A DNA stretch of 64,000 bases, from assembly GCA_977018835.1 (NCBI GenBank), contig OZ361260.1, positions 1,364,001 to 1,428,000 on the forward strand, in the 5' to 3' direction. A program made the translations under genes and the position numbers. Below, one piece after another: positions 25,362-37,506 of the stretch (its first letter is position 1; each line of letters starts with the position of its first letter). The stretch is from Minutocellus sp. GHC0000111 (Eukaryota). The notes under the pieces are model-generated. The model worked only from the letters and a program-made list of their open reading frames with translations. It did not search any database and was not told the origin of the DNA.

Positions 25362-26540
25362 CTACTCTTTTGCATCACGGCTCTCCTTGATGATGGTTCT
25401 TCGTCGGGCAAGTACTACTGGGTTCCGTGCTCCTCCTCCGATGGTGAATCTTCTTTCGAACGTTGCCTCTCGCTGTTGGAAGCGTCCTTCGGATTGGTCT
25501 CTTTCTTCTGCCGTCTTGGATTCAACGGTGGTAGTTGGAACGCTCTCCTTCAACGTTTGTCGGCTGGCATCAGTGAACTGTCCATAATCTTTTGTGTCAT
25601 CCCTCTCCAACACTGCCAGGACGCGACTGCGAGCTCCACGATGGCCCAGTTCTGCCGCCGTGACCAGCCATTCCAATGCCTCCGCCCGATCTCGTACAAC
25701 ACCAACGCCATCGAGCAAACAATCCCCCAACATATAAGCTGCAGTAGGATGGCCAGTGTCCGCGGCTCTTCGAAACATCCTGGCTGCAGCAGCTTCGTCC
25801 TCGGCGGCTCCCTCGCCAGTATACAGCGCGACGCCGAGCTCGTACGCCGCCTGAGGATGGAAGTGCATGTCACTGCAAAGTCGGAACCAGACGACGGCCT
25901 GCTGAGGGTTTGGGTCTAGGCCCGCCCTCCCTTCATTTAAGCACATGCCATATAACACCATGCCGTCGGGATGTCCTCGTTCGGCTAGATCACGAATAAT
26001 CTTGAGACCCTTCTTTTGACCCTCCACGTCCGGCCCATGGAGCAACCAATAACTGCCGATGCGAAAGCGAAGAGCGTCGCAATAGTCCTCATCATTCCGA
26101 TAGTTGGGACTGCGTCGGCAGTATCTGAGGTCAGCCGTTAGACCTGCAACATCGTCCTCCTCCGGGATGGTGGTCGGCCAGCTCGTTGTGGGCAGCCGGG
26201 AGCCCTCGTTCGCCCAATCCCATCGAGATGCATACTGCGTCCGCAGGGCACGGTGATAGGCCAGGCAGCGGGCAAATCGGGCAGGTTCATTCACATCGAG
26301 GAGCTCCACTGCGCCGCCGCCCGTTGACTCGTCCGTTGGCTCTTCGCACCGTGTCATGGTGGATGCCGTTGCGACAGCCACAGCCGTAGTGACCAAGGCA
26401 GCGACGGCGACGGAGGAAGTACCAGTACCAGTAGCAGACGCTCCTGCCATCGTTTGACTTCCCGACATCATCGTTGCCAAGGTTCGCTTGGCGAGGGTTT
26501 GTGCTTGCCTGCGGATCAGATTGCCGAACATTATTGTCAT
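25362..26540 (-). CDS. Sel1-like repeat protein, possibly mitochondrial
   Basis: SEL1 repeats AERGHPDGMVLYG, AAYELGVALYTGEG and AAYMLGDCLLDGVGV..DRAEALEWL..AAELGH. The N-terminus is Arg-rich and acid-free. The start may be 26540 or 26531. Confidence 0.85.
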   Translation of the reverse strand: MTIMFGNLIRRQAQTLAKRTLATMMSGSQTMAGASATGTGTSSVAVAALVTTAVAVATASTMTRCEEPTDESTGGGAVELLDVNEPARFARCLAYHRALRTQYASRWDWANEGSRLPTTSWPTTIPEEDDVAGLTADLRYCRRSPNYRNDEDYCDALRFRIGSYWLLHGPDVEGQKKGLKIIRDLAERGHPDGMVLYGMCLNEGRAGLDPNPQQAVVWFRLCSDMHFHPQAAYELGVALYTGEGAAEDEAAAARMFRRAADTGHPTAAYMLGDCLLDGVGVVRDRAEALEWLVTAAELGHRGARSRVLAVLERDDTKDYGQFTDASRQTLKESVPTTTVESKTAEERDQSEGRFQQREATFERRFTIGGGARNPVVLARRRTIIKESRDAKE

Positions 26541-26873
26541 TCGTAGACGATTAAATATTGCAAATAATATGCAAATAGTGCAACTGAGGCCACGCGCAGT
26601 GTGTATTGTTCCAATCGGTCGGTGACAGAGGCACCAGCAAGCACCGCAGTGGCGAGCACTTGAGCCGAGTTGCAAACTCTGAGAGATCGAGTTCCAGAGT
26701 TGCGTTGGCAGACTAACTGGCCGACCTTGGACGGACGACGGACATACCGGTTTATGATGTGCGTGAAATTCCGCCGAACGAAGCTGATGCAAGGCAAGGA
26801 GGAGGGTCGCCTGCCGCCAGCCTAGAAGAGGATTAGATTCTAGATACTACGCAGCAATGCATCAATAGATCTA

Positions 26874-28037
26874 CTACCCGAAATAATCATTTAAATCTAC
26901 AGTGATCTCCTCGGGAGCCGGCACATGTGATTTCGCTTTGGTGACGACTTGAGACGCGGCTGAAGCTGCCGCATCATCTTCATTTGTCGAAGCAACTTTT
27001 CGACGTTTCTTTCTCCCGTCCTCAATTGTTCCAAAGTCAAACCCGATATCTCGCAGCATCTCTTCTTTTCTATCAGGCAGGGAATGGATTTCTCCGCGCT
27101 GTTTCTTTCTCCAATGAGACCTTTGCACACCGACCCAATGGTGAAGAGCATGGTTTTCATTGTTGGTTCCCGAAGATGTAATGTTACAGCTTCCGTTCTT
27201 CTTTTTATACTCGACCAAGTCTGCGTATCGCTCATCCCAGGTCGTCCTCTTCCCCACCGTCTGTGCACTTTCAAAACTATCCTCTTTGAAATCAAAACCA
27301 ATTGCTCGCAGCTTTTCCTCTGCTTCGAGAGGCAAACTGTGCTTCTCTCCACTCTTTTTCTTTCGATAATTGTGCCTCTGTGCAGATGTCCATTTCTTTA
27401 GATCCCTGTGCTCTCCCTCTTTTGAAATATCTACATCTAAATGGCCGTATTTGACCTTGAATGCAACCAGTGCATCGAATCGCTCTTGCCACGGTACCGT
27501 TTTCGCTGCCCGGCGGTTCATCCTCCAACGAAACCCTATACTTGTAAGCTTCTCCTCGCGCTCGGAGGTTAAACTACTCGCTTTGCCAACCTCCATGTGG
27601 CTGTAGGCCCTCCTTTGGGATCGTACCCAGTTCCCAAGGCCACTCTTCTCCGAAACCGGCACGTCGCAATGGCCATGCTGCCCTTTAAATCTGACCAAGT
27701 CGGCGAACCGCTCCTCCCATGTCCGGTTCTTTGGTTTGTTCCCTTGATGTGCTGCTTTCTTCGCATCGGCTTGTTCTGCTTTTGCCTTCATTTCCTCGTA
27801 GCCAAGGGCTATCACTTCCGTATATGAGAGTGGGCGGCTTCCCTCTTTGTCATCCTGATCATCAACATCGGAATCGGCATTGTCGCATCGTTTTTGTTCT
27901 GCCCCGTCACAAGTAACGATGCCTTTGTTTTGTTTGTCCTGCTTTTGTTTCCTTATTTCCTCGTGAATCGCGTCAATCGCAGCCGACGCGGCCGCGGCGG
28001 CAATCTCAAGAGCCTCTGCCGAGTCGATACCGAGCAT
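26874..28037 (-). CDS. Helicase-associated (HA) domain protein with three HA repeats
   Basis: Three repeats of W..R...L..(F/Y)K...G....W...QR......L..IGF ([36 protein letters not shown]). Basic NLS-like RKKRRK. Confidence 0.85.
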   Translation of the reverse strand: MLGIDSAEALEIAAAAASAAIDAIHEEIRKQKQDKQNKGIVTCDGAEQKRCDNADSDVDDQDDKEGSRPLSYTEVIALGYEEMKAKAEQADAKKAAHQGNKPKNRTWEERFADLVRFKGQHGHCDVPVSEKSGLGNWVRSQRRAYSHMEVGKASSLTSEREEKLTSIGFRWRMNRRAAKTVPWQERFDALVAFKVKYGHLDVDISKEGEHRDLKKWTSAQRHNYRKKKSGEKHSLPLEAEEKLRAIGFDFKEDSFESAQTVGKRTTWDERYADLVEYKKKNGSCNITSSGTNNENHALHHWVGVQRSHWRKKQRGEIHSLPDRKEEMLRDIGFDFGTIEDGRKKRRKVASTNEDDAAASAASQVVTKAKSHVPAPEEITVDLNDYFG

Positions 28038-28255
28038 TGCTCTTCTTGATTCTTCATGCGCAAACCGACTCAATAGGAATTTCTTGCTCAACCGCCAAGC
28101 CGCAAGAAATTCAAGAAAACAAAATGGATTTCGGACTACCGGACAGAGCGCGACGATCCGTCCGTGCCGTCCGTCCGTCGCGCCTTCTGCTCTCGATCTC
28201 ATCATTCGCCGGCTCTCGCTCTCGGCCTCCCCCGGCAGATCAAAGCAACGGCACG

Positions 28256-30583
28256 ATGATCAGCAACGCCCTCCGTCGGCGGTGCTGCCGGTCAACGACG
28301 GCAGGGACAAGAGCCTCATTCACCCGACTCTGTGGCCAGAAATATTCTGCCACCGATCTGACCGAGCCCAAGAAGGAGAGACTGCTCTTCGCCCGTGCAT
28401 ACTCGGCCAGTACCCCTGCCACCACCTCACGCAGTCATCCTCCTTCATCCATCGTTCTGTTTGATTCATTGTCGTCATCGTATCGGCCGATACCTTTGTC
28501 ATTGTCAAGAGAAGACGAAGAAACAACTGTCTCCGTCGGCCCTTCCTCCTCAGCACCAACTCAAACTCCACCCCTCGGACTTTTGTGGTACACTTGCGGC
28601 CCAACAGTTTACGACGCCGCTCATCTTGGCCATGCCCGAACCTACGTTGCCCTTGATCTCATTCGTCGGGCGATGCTGGCCGCCCACGAGGCTTCTGCCA
28701 TGTCAATGATTTGTGACCCAGAATCCGCATCGTTGCCCCCACCGCCGCCACTTTTTGCAATGAATGTAACCGACGTCGACGATAAGATATTGGCCCGAGC
28801 CAAGGAGACGGGTCAAGATCCCATACAACTGGCACGAGCGTTCGAGAAGGAATTTTGGGAGGACATGGATGCGCTCAATGTGCTGCGACCTGATGTAGTC
28901 ACTCGCGTTACGGAACATGTGGATTGCACGATTGTGCCGTACATTCAGCGCATTGTGGACAACGGGATGGCATATGTGCTGCCTGATGGTGACGATGATG
29001 GGAGCGGCGAAAATGATACTGCCAATTCGGTCTATTTTGATGTTGGAGCCTTTGAATCCTCTAGAGGTGGCCTCAATAAATATGGCAAACTAGCTCCATC
29101 TCGCATGGCATCTGATGATGGAGACTTCTTCTCTTGGGAAGGTGATAACACCAACGAAGATACTACCCAACGACGAAAGCGCGATCCTCGTGACTTTGTC
29201 CTGTGGAAGGGTCGAAAGGACGGAGAAGATTTATACTGGAACTCCCCATGGGGCCCTGGCCGGCCAGGTTGGCACATCGAGTGTTCAGCCATGATTGAAT
29301 CGATATCGGAATCATTTGCGGCAACACACAAGTTTGGCGTTCATGCTGGCGGCATAGATCTGAAATTTCCACACCACACCAATGAGATTGCCCAGGCCGA
29401 GGCTTATCATAACGATGGGACAGAAAATGTTACGAAAAGAGGGGAAGAATGGATACCGCACTGGGTTCACACTGGGCACTTGCACATTCAGGGGATGAAG
29501 ATGTCCAAGTCACTAAAGAATTTTGTCACCATTCGCCAATTGCTGTCGACGTCGTCTTCGTCTTCATCCTTGGCATCGCCAGCCGATGACTTTCGACTCT
29601 GGTGTCTAGGCATATCAGGTTCATATCGAGGGCCTGCAACATACTCTGAGGCTAGAATACAGGAAGCTAGCCACATTCGTCAGAAAATTGTGCGATTTTT
29701 AATCGATGGGGAGGACTGGGTCCAAAAATCGTCTCTGGGAGAAAGTCTACCAACAGGTCGCTGGAACGAAGAGGATATATCGCTGTCCAAAGCTGCCGCG
29801 TCTTGCACAGCATCATGCCGGCACGCATTGATAGGATCAATAGGTACCAAAGGTGGGTTTTACTTGGGTGGTGCGGCATACCTTCATTCCATCGTCAAAC
29901 TCGTCGAGACGGGAACGGCATACATTTCCTCATCTGACGCTGGGAATGGACCAGTAGAGCCGATGCGAATTGTTTTGGAGACTCTGAGGAAACAACTTTC
30001 AATAATGGGATTCACTGATAGGACCGTCCGAGCTGGGATCGTTGCCCATGACGACAACAATGTCTCAACCGGCAAAATAGAGGGAGGAGAAGAGGCTCTG
30101 ATCGAGGAGTTGTGCGCCTTTCGATCAAATGTGAGATTGGCAGCGATTGCTGCATTGAAGCAGAACAAGGGAGAAAGTGGGGATTATGCCGATTCTTCGC
30201 TAAAGGACCTACTGAACTTATGTGACCACATTCGGGACGTATCCCTTCCATCTCTTGGGGTAGAAATCCTGGATGGCACTGTTCAGGATTCGAATGGTGC
30301 TTCAGCAGGTCGATGGAGACATTGCGTTCCACGAGAGAACAAGGGGATGACCGTGGCCGCCACGACAAAAAGTCGTTCATCCCATCCTTCTGATTCAGAG
30401 AGACTTTTGTCCCTAAAGGAATACTTGTCCACGGGGCACTACGAATGGGAGTTCTCGAAATTTGACGAAAGCGGAAGGCCCACCCACACTGCTGACGGTA
30501 AGGATATATCGAAACGTTTGCTCAAGAAAGTGATGAAGAAGTATGAAAAATATGCCAAAAAAGCGGAAAGTAAAAAGTCTTAG
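28256..30583 (+). CDS. CARS: Cysteinyl-tRNA synthetase, probably organellar
   Basis: [14 protein letters not shown] (HIGH motif), [39 protein letters not shown] and KMSKS. Arg/Ser-rich presequence. Start codon inferred. Confidence 0.93.
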   Translation: MISNALRRRCCRSTTAGTRASFTRLCGQKYSATDLTEPKKERLLFARAYSASTPATTSRSHPPSSIVLFDSLSSSYRPIPLSLSREDEETTVSVGPSSSAPTQTPPLGLLWYTCGPTVYDAAHLGHARTYVALDLIRRAMLAAHEASAMSMICDPESASLPPPPPLFAMNVTDVDDKILARAKETGQDPIQLARAFEKEFWEDMDALNVLRPDVVTRVTEHVDCTIVPYIQRIVDNGMAYVLPDGDDDGSGENDTANSVYFDVGAFESSRGGLNKYGKLAPSRMASDDGDFFSWEGDNTNEDTTQRRKRDPRDFVLWKGRKDGEDLYWNSPWGPGRPGWHIECSAMIESISESFAATHKFGVHAGGIDLKFPHHTNEIAQAEAYHNDGTENVTKRGEEWIPHWVHTGHLHIQGMKMSKSLKNFVTIRQLLSTSSSSSSLASPADDFRLWCLGISGSYRGPATYSEARIQEASHIRQKIVRFLIDGEDWVQKSSLGESLPTGRWNEEDISLSKAAASCTASCRHALIGSIGTKGGFYLGGAAYLHSIVKLVETGTAYISSSDAGNGPVEPMRIVLETLRKQLSIMGFTDRTVRAGIVAHDDNNVSTGKIEGGEEALIEELCAFRSNVRLAAIAALKQNKGESGDYADSSLKDLLNLCDHIRDVSLPSLGVEILDGTVQDSNGASAGRWRHCVPRENKGMTVAATTKSRSSHPSDSERLLSLKEYLSTGHYEWEFSKFDESGRPTHTADGKDISKRLLKKVMKKYEKYAKKAESKKS

Positions 30584-30674
30584 GCAAAACTAATACTTTA
30601 GACGATTTACAATGCAAACAAGAAGTCAAGTCAGCCGCGTATTTGGTTCATATTCATGAGAAGAATGGCATTGT

Positions 30675-32675
30675 CTAATCTTTCTCCTCAATGTCGTCGT
30701 AGAGACTGAATGGATTGGCAGCACCAAGCACGGAACCAGCAGCAAGTACGCCTCCAGATAAAGCTCCGCCGATACCGCACGTTGTCACATCCTGCCCTGT
30801 CAGATAAAGGCCTGGTACCTCTGATATCAGTGGCCGTAGGACCTCATAGTAGTTGCGAGGTGAAAAGCGTTGAACATCGTGGTCGAGCCCATAGAAACCT
30901 CCGTTGTCTCGGAAATAGAAGTGGGCAAAAGTAAGTGGAGTGCCGACTTCGAAATAGTCAGCATCATCCAAGGACTCAGGTAGATTGGTAGCTCCCATTG
31001 AAGTCAATACCTCAACTACTCGAGACCAAATCAACCTACTTAGTTTCAATTTCAGTTCTTTGTATTGTTTTCCATGCGAACCAGGCTTTCCACCTGGGTC
31101 AGATGCACCTTCTGAAAGAAGATGGTGGTCCGGGGCATATTCTTCAAACCACTTTTGAGGACACGATGTCATTATTTCCAGTACCGTCCTATCCGGGTGT
31201 TCATCCCTCCAGGACGTGTCCTTGCAGCTCGAACTCGTAATAAAAACGTGACCAATATCTTTTGGTTCGAGCGTTTCTACGGCCTCCTTCAATGTCAGGC
31301 CTTCAAGAACAGCCACGTGGTCCTCGACAGACGACGTTGGAAACGCCCAGATGTTACCCTTGAGTGGTAAATTGAAGTCCATATCATGATCACCTCTTAA
31401 ACCCACAAAAAGATTGAGGGCCGACGATCCCTCATGGAGGGAAGTTTCTGAGCTTGGTTGCTTTGGGAAGAATTTCTTGAAGAGCTTGTCACGACGCTTG
31501 AAATCCTTTGGCAGCAAATGCTGAAGGGTGTTCATGACACCAGCATCGGACACGACAGCACACTTGGCTTCAATTACCTTGCCATCCATCATTTCAACAC
31601 CCACTGCACGTCCGGTATCGTCGTCCAAGACGATATTCTTTACGGGTGCTCTTGCCAGTGCGGCTCCTCCCGACGAAGTAATGGTCGGAAGAATCTTCTT
31701 GGCGATCTCTCTTGGACCACCTCGAGGAAAGAAGGCGCCGGTCGAATAATGTCGGACTATTTGAGCATGCATGATGAAGGCGACCCTTGATGGTTCACAT
31801 CCATAACAGTCCCAGCTATAGGAAAGGACGCTGCGTAGTTCATCGTTATCCGTAAGGGAATTGACCATATCGGCGAGGGTCATAGATGAGTACTTGCGGA
31901 AGTTACGGGCAAATAGACGGTGGAGCCCAGATAGACGTAAAAACTTGGTCATCGGCAATGGGAGGCACTTTAGAACATGGGCGCGGGCCATTGCAGCATT
32001 TGCCTTTTCGATGTGATCATAATATTTGTCGATAGCCTCGTGTTCTTGGGCTGTTTTGAACTGTTTCTTTAGTGCGACCTTTTGTGCTTCGAGGCCGCCC
32101 CCAACGATTTTATACTGCCTCATATCTTTACCTGCCTCACCTAAGACAATAGTGTCGAAATTCCCACCGAGTGGGTCCCATTCCAAATGATCATTGCGAG
32201 GATCGTACGTCAGGGGATCCAAAATCTTTCTCAGATTACCGCCTCGATTCATCCCCCCCACGTAATGAATGCCTGTCGGGAAGGCATACGGTCCACGGCG
32301 GAATGTGTGACAGCAACCACCGCACACGCTGTGCTGTTCCAGAAGCAGCACCTTGAGTCGTTCTGGACTCTGCGCCAATAGGGAAGCGGTTGTCATCCCG
32401 CCCATACCCGATCCTATGACAATGGCATCGTACTCATCGTCGACGTTGCATTTCGGATCAGATGGGTCGCCATTGTAGACGACTTCGTCGATAGGATTAC
32501 ATGTATGAGTACCAGTACTGATGATGGATGAGGCGGGCAAGTCAATGGATGCAATAGTACTCGAAGAGCCGATTTGAGTTTTAGGCCTTGGGAGCTTTGT
32601 GAGAGAAAACGCACCGACGGGAAATGTCGATAACGCCACTGCTGTTGAAGAGAGCAAGAAGTTGAGAATGATCAT
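30675..32675 (-). CDS. FAD-dependent oxidoreductase of the phytoene desaturase / retinol saturase family
   Basis: Rossmann motif IVIGSGMGG, LEQH...GGCCHTF, TGIHYVG, FPRGG and C-terminal GLYLTGQD. Signal peptide followed by GAFS. Confidence 0.88.
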   Translation of the reverse strand: MIILNFLLSSTAVALSTFPVGAFSLTKLPRPKTQIGSSSTIASIDLPASSIISTGTHTCNPIDEVVYNGDPSDPKCNVDDEYDAIVIGSGMGGMTTASLLAQSPERLKVLLLEQHSVCGGCCHTFRRGPYAFPTGIHYVGGMNRGGNLRKILDPLTYDPRNDHLEWDPLGGNFDTIVLGEAGKDMRQYKIVGGGLEAQKVALKKQFKTAQEHEAIDKYYDHIEKANAAMARAHVLKCLPLPMTKFLRLSGLHRLFARNFRKYSSMTLADMVNSLTDNDELRSVLSYSWDCYGCEPSRVAFIMHAQIVRHYSTGAFFPRGGPREIAKKILPTITSSGGAALARAPVKNIVLDDDTGRAVGVEMMDGKVIEAKCAVVSDAGVMNTLQHLLPKDFKRRDKLFKKFFPKQPSSETSLHEGSSALNLFVGLRGDHDMDFNLPLKGNIWAFPTSSVEDHVAVLEGLTLKEAVETLEPKDIGHVFITSSSCKDTSWRDEHPDRTVLEIMTSCPQKWFEEYAPDHHLLSEGASDPGGKPGSHGKQYKELKLKLSRLIWSRVVEVLTSMGATNLPESLDDADYFEVGTPLTFAHFYFRDNGGFYGLDHDVQRFSPRNYYEVLRPLISEVPGLYLTGQDVTTCGIGGALSGGVLAAGSVLGAANPFSLYDDIEEKD

Positions 32676-33017
32676 GCCTCCTGCTTGCAGATGCGTGTTT
32701 ATTTTCGGCGTGATTATTTCTATAGAGTATAATATTTATGAGATAGAAATGTTGTCCTCTGTTTGGTTGTGATTTTTTCCTTGCGGCCATTCCTGATCGT
32801 TCTTGCACCTACGCGCCATCGCCGAGGCTGCTTCGAGCATGCTCTGCGAGCTTCCAGATGCTTCATCTCGAGCGCGCGTGTTCGGGTTAGGGTGCGAACC
32901 TTAAGTTGCGAACCTTGCTCTTTTCGAACTTTCCTGACTCAGCGCTCAGCGCTCAGCGCGCGCAACCCCAACCATCGGGCCCTCATCATTCCTTCCTTAA
33001 TGTAGTAGTTTGTAACC

Positions 33018-35426
33018 ATGGGACGCTCCCATTGCTCCCCCCTCGCCGCGTTATTCTTGCTGGCCACCATTGTTCAGCGCGGTGCTTCTTTCTCGGCCAC
33101 CACGAGCAGGGTGAGCGCACCGACAAGTGTCAATTACTACAACGATGCAAACGATGTTCCCTACCGGGAGGCGGCTTACAATCCCGAGGCGGCGGTAGAG
33201 TTTTATAAATCCCGGCCGATCGCTTCTACCCTGCGCCTCGCTACCATTGTTGCGAAAACGTCCAAGTTTGTTTTCGACACGGTGCTGGATGCGTCACTCA
33301 AGAGAGAAGACAAGATGGAGGACCAAAGGGGTCGGGAACTATTGGCGTTGGTGAATGACCTCGGTACGACGGCCATCAAGGTTGGCCAAGCGCTCTCAAC
33401 TCGCACCGACTTGCTCCCCGCCAAGTATGCCAAGAGTCTGGTCGAATTACAAGATGCCGTACCGCCCTTTAGCAGTGAGCTTGGTCGATCAGTTATTGAA
33501 CAGGAACTGGGAATCAAAATCGATGATGTATTTTCTTCGCTGAGTAGGGAACCAGTAGCTTCTGCCTCCATCGGCGTGGTGAACAAAGGCACACTAAGAG
33601 ACTCGGGCATCGATGTTGCCGTGAAAGTACAAAGGCCAGGCGTCCTCAAGAGCATTGCGCTGGATTTGTACACCATGAGATCTCTCGCCCCAAAGTGGCA
33701 AGAACTGAAAGAAATTAACACGGATTTGGTTGGCCTTGTGGATGCGTGGGGTGAAGGCTTTATCAATGAGTTGGATTACCGAGCCGAAGCCAAGGCAACG
33801 AAAGAATTCTCCGAGGCCATGAGGAAACGCGGCCTTGGATCCGTATTTGCTCTGGAGGTTATTGATGAGCTTTCCTCAACGCATATCCTTACTACAAAGT
33901 GGGTCGACGGAGTTCGGCTCGCCGACTCTGACGCCAACGACGTGCCGCGGCTTTGCGGTGTGGCACTTAATTCGTACTTGACGATGTTGTTGGATACCGG
34001 AACGCTCCATTGCGACCCGCATAGCGGGAACGTACTGAGAACGAATGATGGGCGTCTGTGTATTTTGGATTTCGGCATGGTGCTCGACGTGCCAAAAGAT
34101 CTTCAGCTCTCGCTCTTGGAATTCATCGCTGACCTCAACGCCAAAAATTATGAGGATGTGCCGCAGGATCTCGTCAAATTGCAATTTGTACCCGAAAACA
34201 AACTCGAAGAATTGAGAAATAGCGGTCTAACTGTGGCAATATCAAATATGCTGGAATTGGCAGCGGAGGGTGGAGGTCCAAAGGGAGCCATGAATCGACT
34301 GGTGGCTCAAAATAAGGAAAAATATGCCAAAGCTCTAGCTGAATTTGATGACCTGGACAGCAAGGAAGCAACCGAGCTGAGACAGCGCCTATTCAGAGAA
34401 GATTGGCAACGACAAATGGCGGAAGATGCTATGAATCGAGATGGCAGTGCTCCAACATCAACTACGGCCGATGTCACCATGAAAATTGAACAGATGCAGC
34501 AGGAAAATGCGGACGTTTTTGCTGTCCCGCCTTACTTTGTCTACATGTCGCGCGCCTTTGCGACTCTGGAGGGAATTGGATTATCATCTGATCCAAACTA
34601 CAGCATCCTGCAAGAATGTTACCCATACTTGGCCAAGAGATTACTCTCCGATGATTCTCCTCGAGCCAGGGGTGCTCTGCGAACACTTCTTTATGGAAAG
34701 GGCGATGAACTCGATCTAACAAAGCTCCAGGAACTCACTACTGGATTCGAAAGCTATACTACATCCACTTCCAGTGTACAGGCTAGCAGAGGGGAGAGTG
34801 ACGAGGGGCGTACCGCCGCTCTGGAGCAGCTAACCAATGTCGTGCTAAGCGAAGATCAAAACTATGTGCAGGATTTATTACTACGTGAGGCCGCGGTTGC
34901 TCTTGACGCCACAGTCCGTGATACGGTAACAGCACCTCTCGCTCCACTAAAGAGTCTTCCGATAAATCCAGTGCTTAGGCCCTTTACACTGCCCCTTGAG
35001 CTCGCAAAGGCATCGTTGGACTTGATGTCGGTGGATGAAAAGGACGAACGCAGACTGGAAAACGTGAGAATATTGCAAAAGCTCAGCAGTGATGCTCTTG
35101 GTTCTGGAAGCCAAGAAAATTCAAGTCGAGCATTGGAAAACATGAGAGATTCGAACGTTGGAAAACTCTTTGAAGAAGCATCCAAGCGTAGAATAGCACT
35201 TGCGCGACTGGGAGTTCGATTTTCTGGAAAGATGGCTTCGATTCAGGCAGAACGATTGCGAGAAAAGGCTTCAATGGCAGGGGACAGCGAACATTATAAG
35301 AAGACGAATTCAAATGAAGTCTCGGAGCTGGCACAATTTTTGGCGAATCAGGGCGCTGATCGACTGGAGACTGTGGCGGGCGCCATAAAAAATCTCGACG
35401 ATGATCTGGGCGAGAGGTTGAGATAG
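33018..35426 (+). CDS. ABC1/UbiB atypical kinase (ABC1K family), probably plastid-targeted
   Basis: IKVGQALSTRTDL, LQDAVPPF, ASASIG, VAVKVQRP, ELDYRAEA, HCDPH.GN and ILDFGM. Signal peptide followed by ASFS. Confidence 0.92.
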   Translation: MGRSHCSPLAALFLLATIVQRGASFSATTSRVSAPTSVNYYNDANDVPYREAAYNPEAAVEFYKSRPIASTLRLATIVAKTSKFVFDTVLDASLKREDKMEDQRGRELLALVNDLGTTAIKVGQALSTRTDLLPAKYAKSLVELQDAVPPFSSELGRSVIEQELGIKIDDVFSSLSREPVASASIGVVNKGTLRDSGIDVAVKVQRPGVLKSIALDLYTMRSLAPKWQELKEINTDLVGLVDAWGEGFINELDYRAEAKATKEFSEAMRKRGLGSVFALEVIDELSSTHILTTKWVDGVRLADSDANDVPRLCGVALNSYLTMLLDTGTLHCDPHSGNVLRTNDGRLCILDFGMVLDVPKDLQLSLLEFIADLNAKNYEDVPQDLVKLQFVPENKLEELRNSGLTVAISNMLELAAEGGGPKGAMNRLVAQNKEKYAKALAEFDDLDSKEATELRQRLFREDWQRQMAEDAMNRDGSAPTSTTADVTMKIEQMQQENADVFAVPPYFVYMSRAFATLEGIGLSSDPNYSILQECYPYLAKRLLSDDSPRARGALRTLLYGKGDELDLTKLQELTTGFESYTTSTSSVQASRGESDEGRTAALEQLTNVVLSEDQNYVQDLLLREAAVALDATVRDTVTAPLAPLKSLPINPVLRPFTLPLELAKASLDLMSVDEKDERRLENVRILQKLSSDALGSGSQENSSRALENMRDSNVGKLFEEASKRRIALARLGVRFSGKMASIQAERLREKASMAGDSEHYKKTNSNEVSELAQFLANQGADRLETVAGAIKNLDDDLGERLR

Positions 35427-35702
35427 CTACACGCACTAAAATAATTCCCCTGCGTTACAGGTATCAGCATTACATGTAGATCTCCATGTGTCTGCAGTAA
35501 ATAAATGTACTCTAGCTCTACTAGCTAGAGAGTACCGGTAGATCAAGTGAGTTTTACACTTTCATTCTGCCATGTGCCGTTTGGCCTACATTTCAACAGG
35601 ATATGAGTCATGAGCTCATATCCTATTGAACCCGATCGTCACCGCCGCTTGATTTCTGGAACGGCATTCCACAACCCATCAAACAAACACAGACAGGCTG
35701 CC

Positions 35703-37385
35703 ATGAAGTCCTTCCCTCTCGCTCTTGGCGCCGTCCTTCTATCTGCCGCGTGCAACACAGCATCGGCCTTTTCCATCGCTCCGTCGAGCAGATCTGCGCA
35801 AATAGCCACGAATCAGCGCAGTTTGATCACTGGCTTCCGCGGAGCATTTGGCGAATCATCATCCACCACCAGTCTGTCCATGGCTGCTGTCGACGAGGCT
35901 ACCAATACTCTCACCGTTGCTCCCATCAAATCTCTCGATGGTACCGTAACTCTCCCTGGATCCAAGTCGCTGTCGAACCGATGCCTCCTCCTCGCCGCCT
36001 TGTCTGATGGCAAGACCAAGGTGGAGAATTTGCTCGAATCCGACGACATCCGATACATGCTCGAGGCCTTGGATCAGATGAAGGTGCCTGTCGAGCGCGA
36101 TCCCAACGATCCTACCACAGTCACAGTGACTGGCCAGGCTGGACCCATCAATTCTCCTCTTGGCGGCGACGAAACATGTGAGCTGTTCTTGGGAAATGCC
36201 GGCACGGCCATGAGACCACTTGCCGCCGCTCTTTGCATGGGCAAGGGCAAGTTCGTTCTGGATGGAGTTCCTCGTATGAGGGAGCGTCCCATCGCCGACC
36301 TTATCGATGGTTTGCAGCAGCTCGGTGCTGATGTCACCTGCGTTGAAGAGACCGGATGCCCCCCTGTTACCATCAATGCCAATGGCCTCAAGGGCGGAAA
36401 GGTACGTTGCCTTTTTATTCTTGTGCTTGTTTCTGAATACATGCAATATCGATATGCATGTTCCTTTGAAACCACTTCATTATTCTTTCTTGCTCATAAT
36501 GAATGGTTTCATTATCTCACCTATTTGTCTGCTTGTCAATCCTCATTGTATTGAAAGGCCTCCATTAGCGGTAAGATGTCATCTCAGTTCCTTTCGTCGC
36601 TTCTTATGGCCTCGCCGGTTGCGGAAGGTGATGTTACCATCTCGATCAAGGATGAGCTTATTTCTGCACCCTATGTTTCGCTTACCATTGGCTTGATGAA
36701 GAAATTCGGAGTGAATGTTCAGATCGATGGCGATATGAAGGGAACCCCGTCGTTTACCATTCCTGCTGATGAAAAGTACACCAGCCCTGGATCGATCCTC
36801 GTTGAGGGAGATGCTAGTTCGGCCTCGTATTTTATTGCCGGTGCGGCTATTACCGGTGGCACTGTTACGGTCCGTGGTTGTGGATCGGAAAGTGTTCAGG
36901 GCGACGTTGCCTTTGCCAATGTTATGGAGAAGATGGGGGCCAAGGTTACCTGGGCTCCTGAGAGCATTACCGTCACTCGTGATCCGGATGTTAAGCTCAA
37001 GGGAGTTGATGTCGACTGTGGTGAAATCCCTGATGCGGCCATGACTCTGGCTGTTGCTGCTCTCTTTGCCGAGGGACCGACGACTATCCGCAATGTCTAT
37101 TCCTGGAGACTGAAGGAGACTGAACGAATGAAGGCCATTGTAGCGGAATGCACCAAGCTCGGAGCGACTGTTGAAGAATTCCGTGATTACTGCATCATTC
37201 ATCCTCCCAAGGACAACAAGGTGAACGACAATGTATTGATCGAGACGTACGATGACCACCGAATGGCCATGACCTTCAGTTTGGCGGCATGTGCAGGTGT
37301 CAATGTCATCATCAATGATCCTGGCTGTACTGCCAAGACATTTCCCACCTACTTCGACATGTTGGAGGGCATCACTTCTCGTTAA
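35703..37385 (+). CDS. aroA: EPSP synthase (3-phosphoshikimate 1-carboxyvinyltransferase), plastid-targeted; exons 35703-36401 and 36558-37385
   Basis: [59 protein letters not shown] and KTFPTYF. ASAFS bipartite motif. Phase-0 GT-AG intron 36402-36557. Confidence 0.97.
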
Positions 37386-37506
37386 ATTGTTTGTAGAAGT
37401 GCGTAACGATAATAATTTTGGGCCAATACTGTGTACCTACTACGGTATGATGGGCGTAAGGTATAGTGGTTTGATCTATTTTCGTAGATTCGCCTCTATT
37501 CTTATC

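Noticed and set aside
28037..28255. N-terminal extensions in the ORF track that make neighbouring genes overlap (CysRS/HA, CRTISO/RNase II, WD40/sulfotransferase)
   Set aside because: Several of these ORFs start at non-ATG codons. Downstream ATGs give sensible targeting peptides and remove the overlaps.
34009..34032. ABC1K HCDPHSGN, and ABCG DEPTSGLS at ~11830, as recent damaging mutations
   Set aside because: Each needs more than one base change from the consensus codon, so older divergence is more likely; both were excluded from the lesion list.
36190..36225. Glyphosate-resistance substitution in EPSPS
   Set aside because: The motif [10 protein letters not shown] is the standard sensitive-type sequence.
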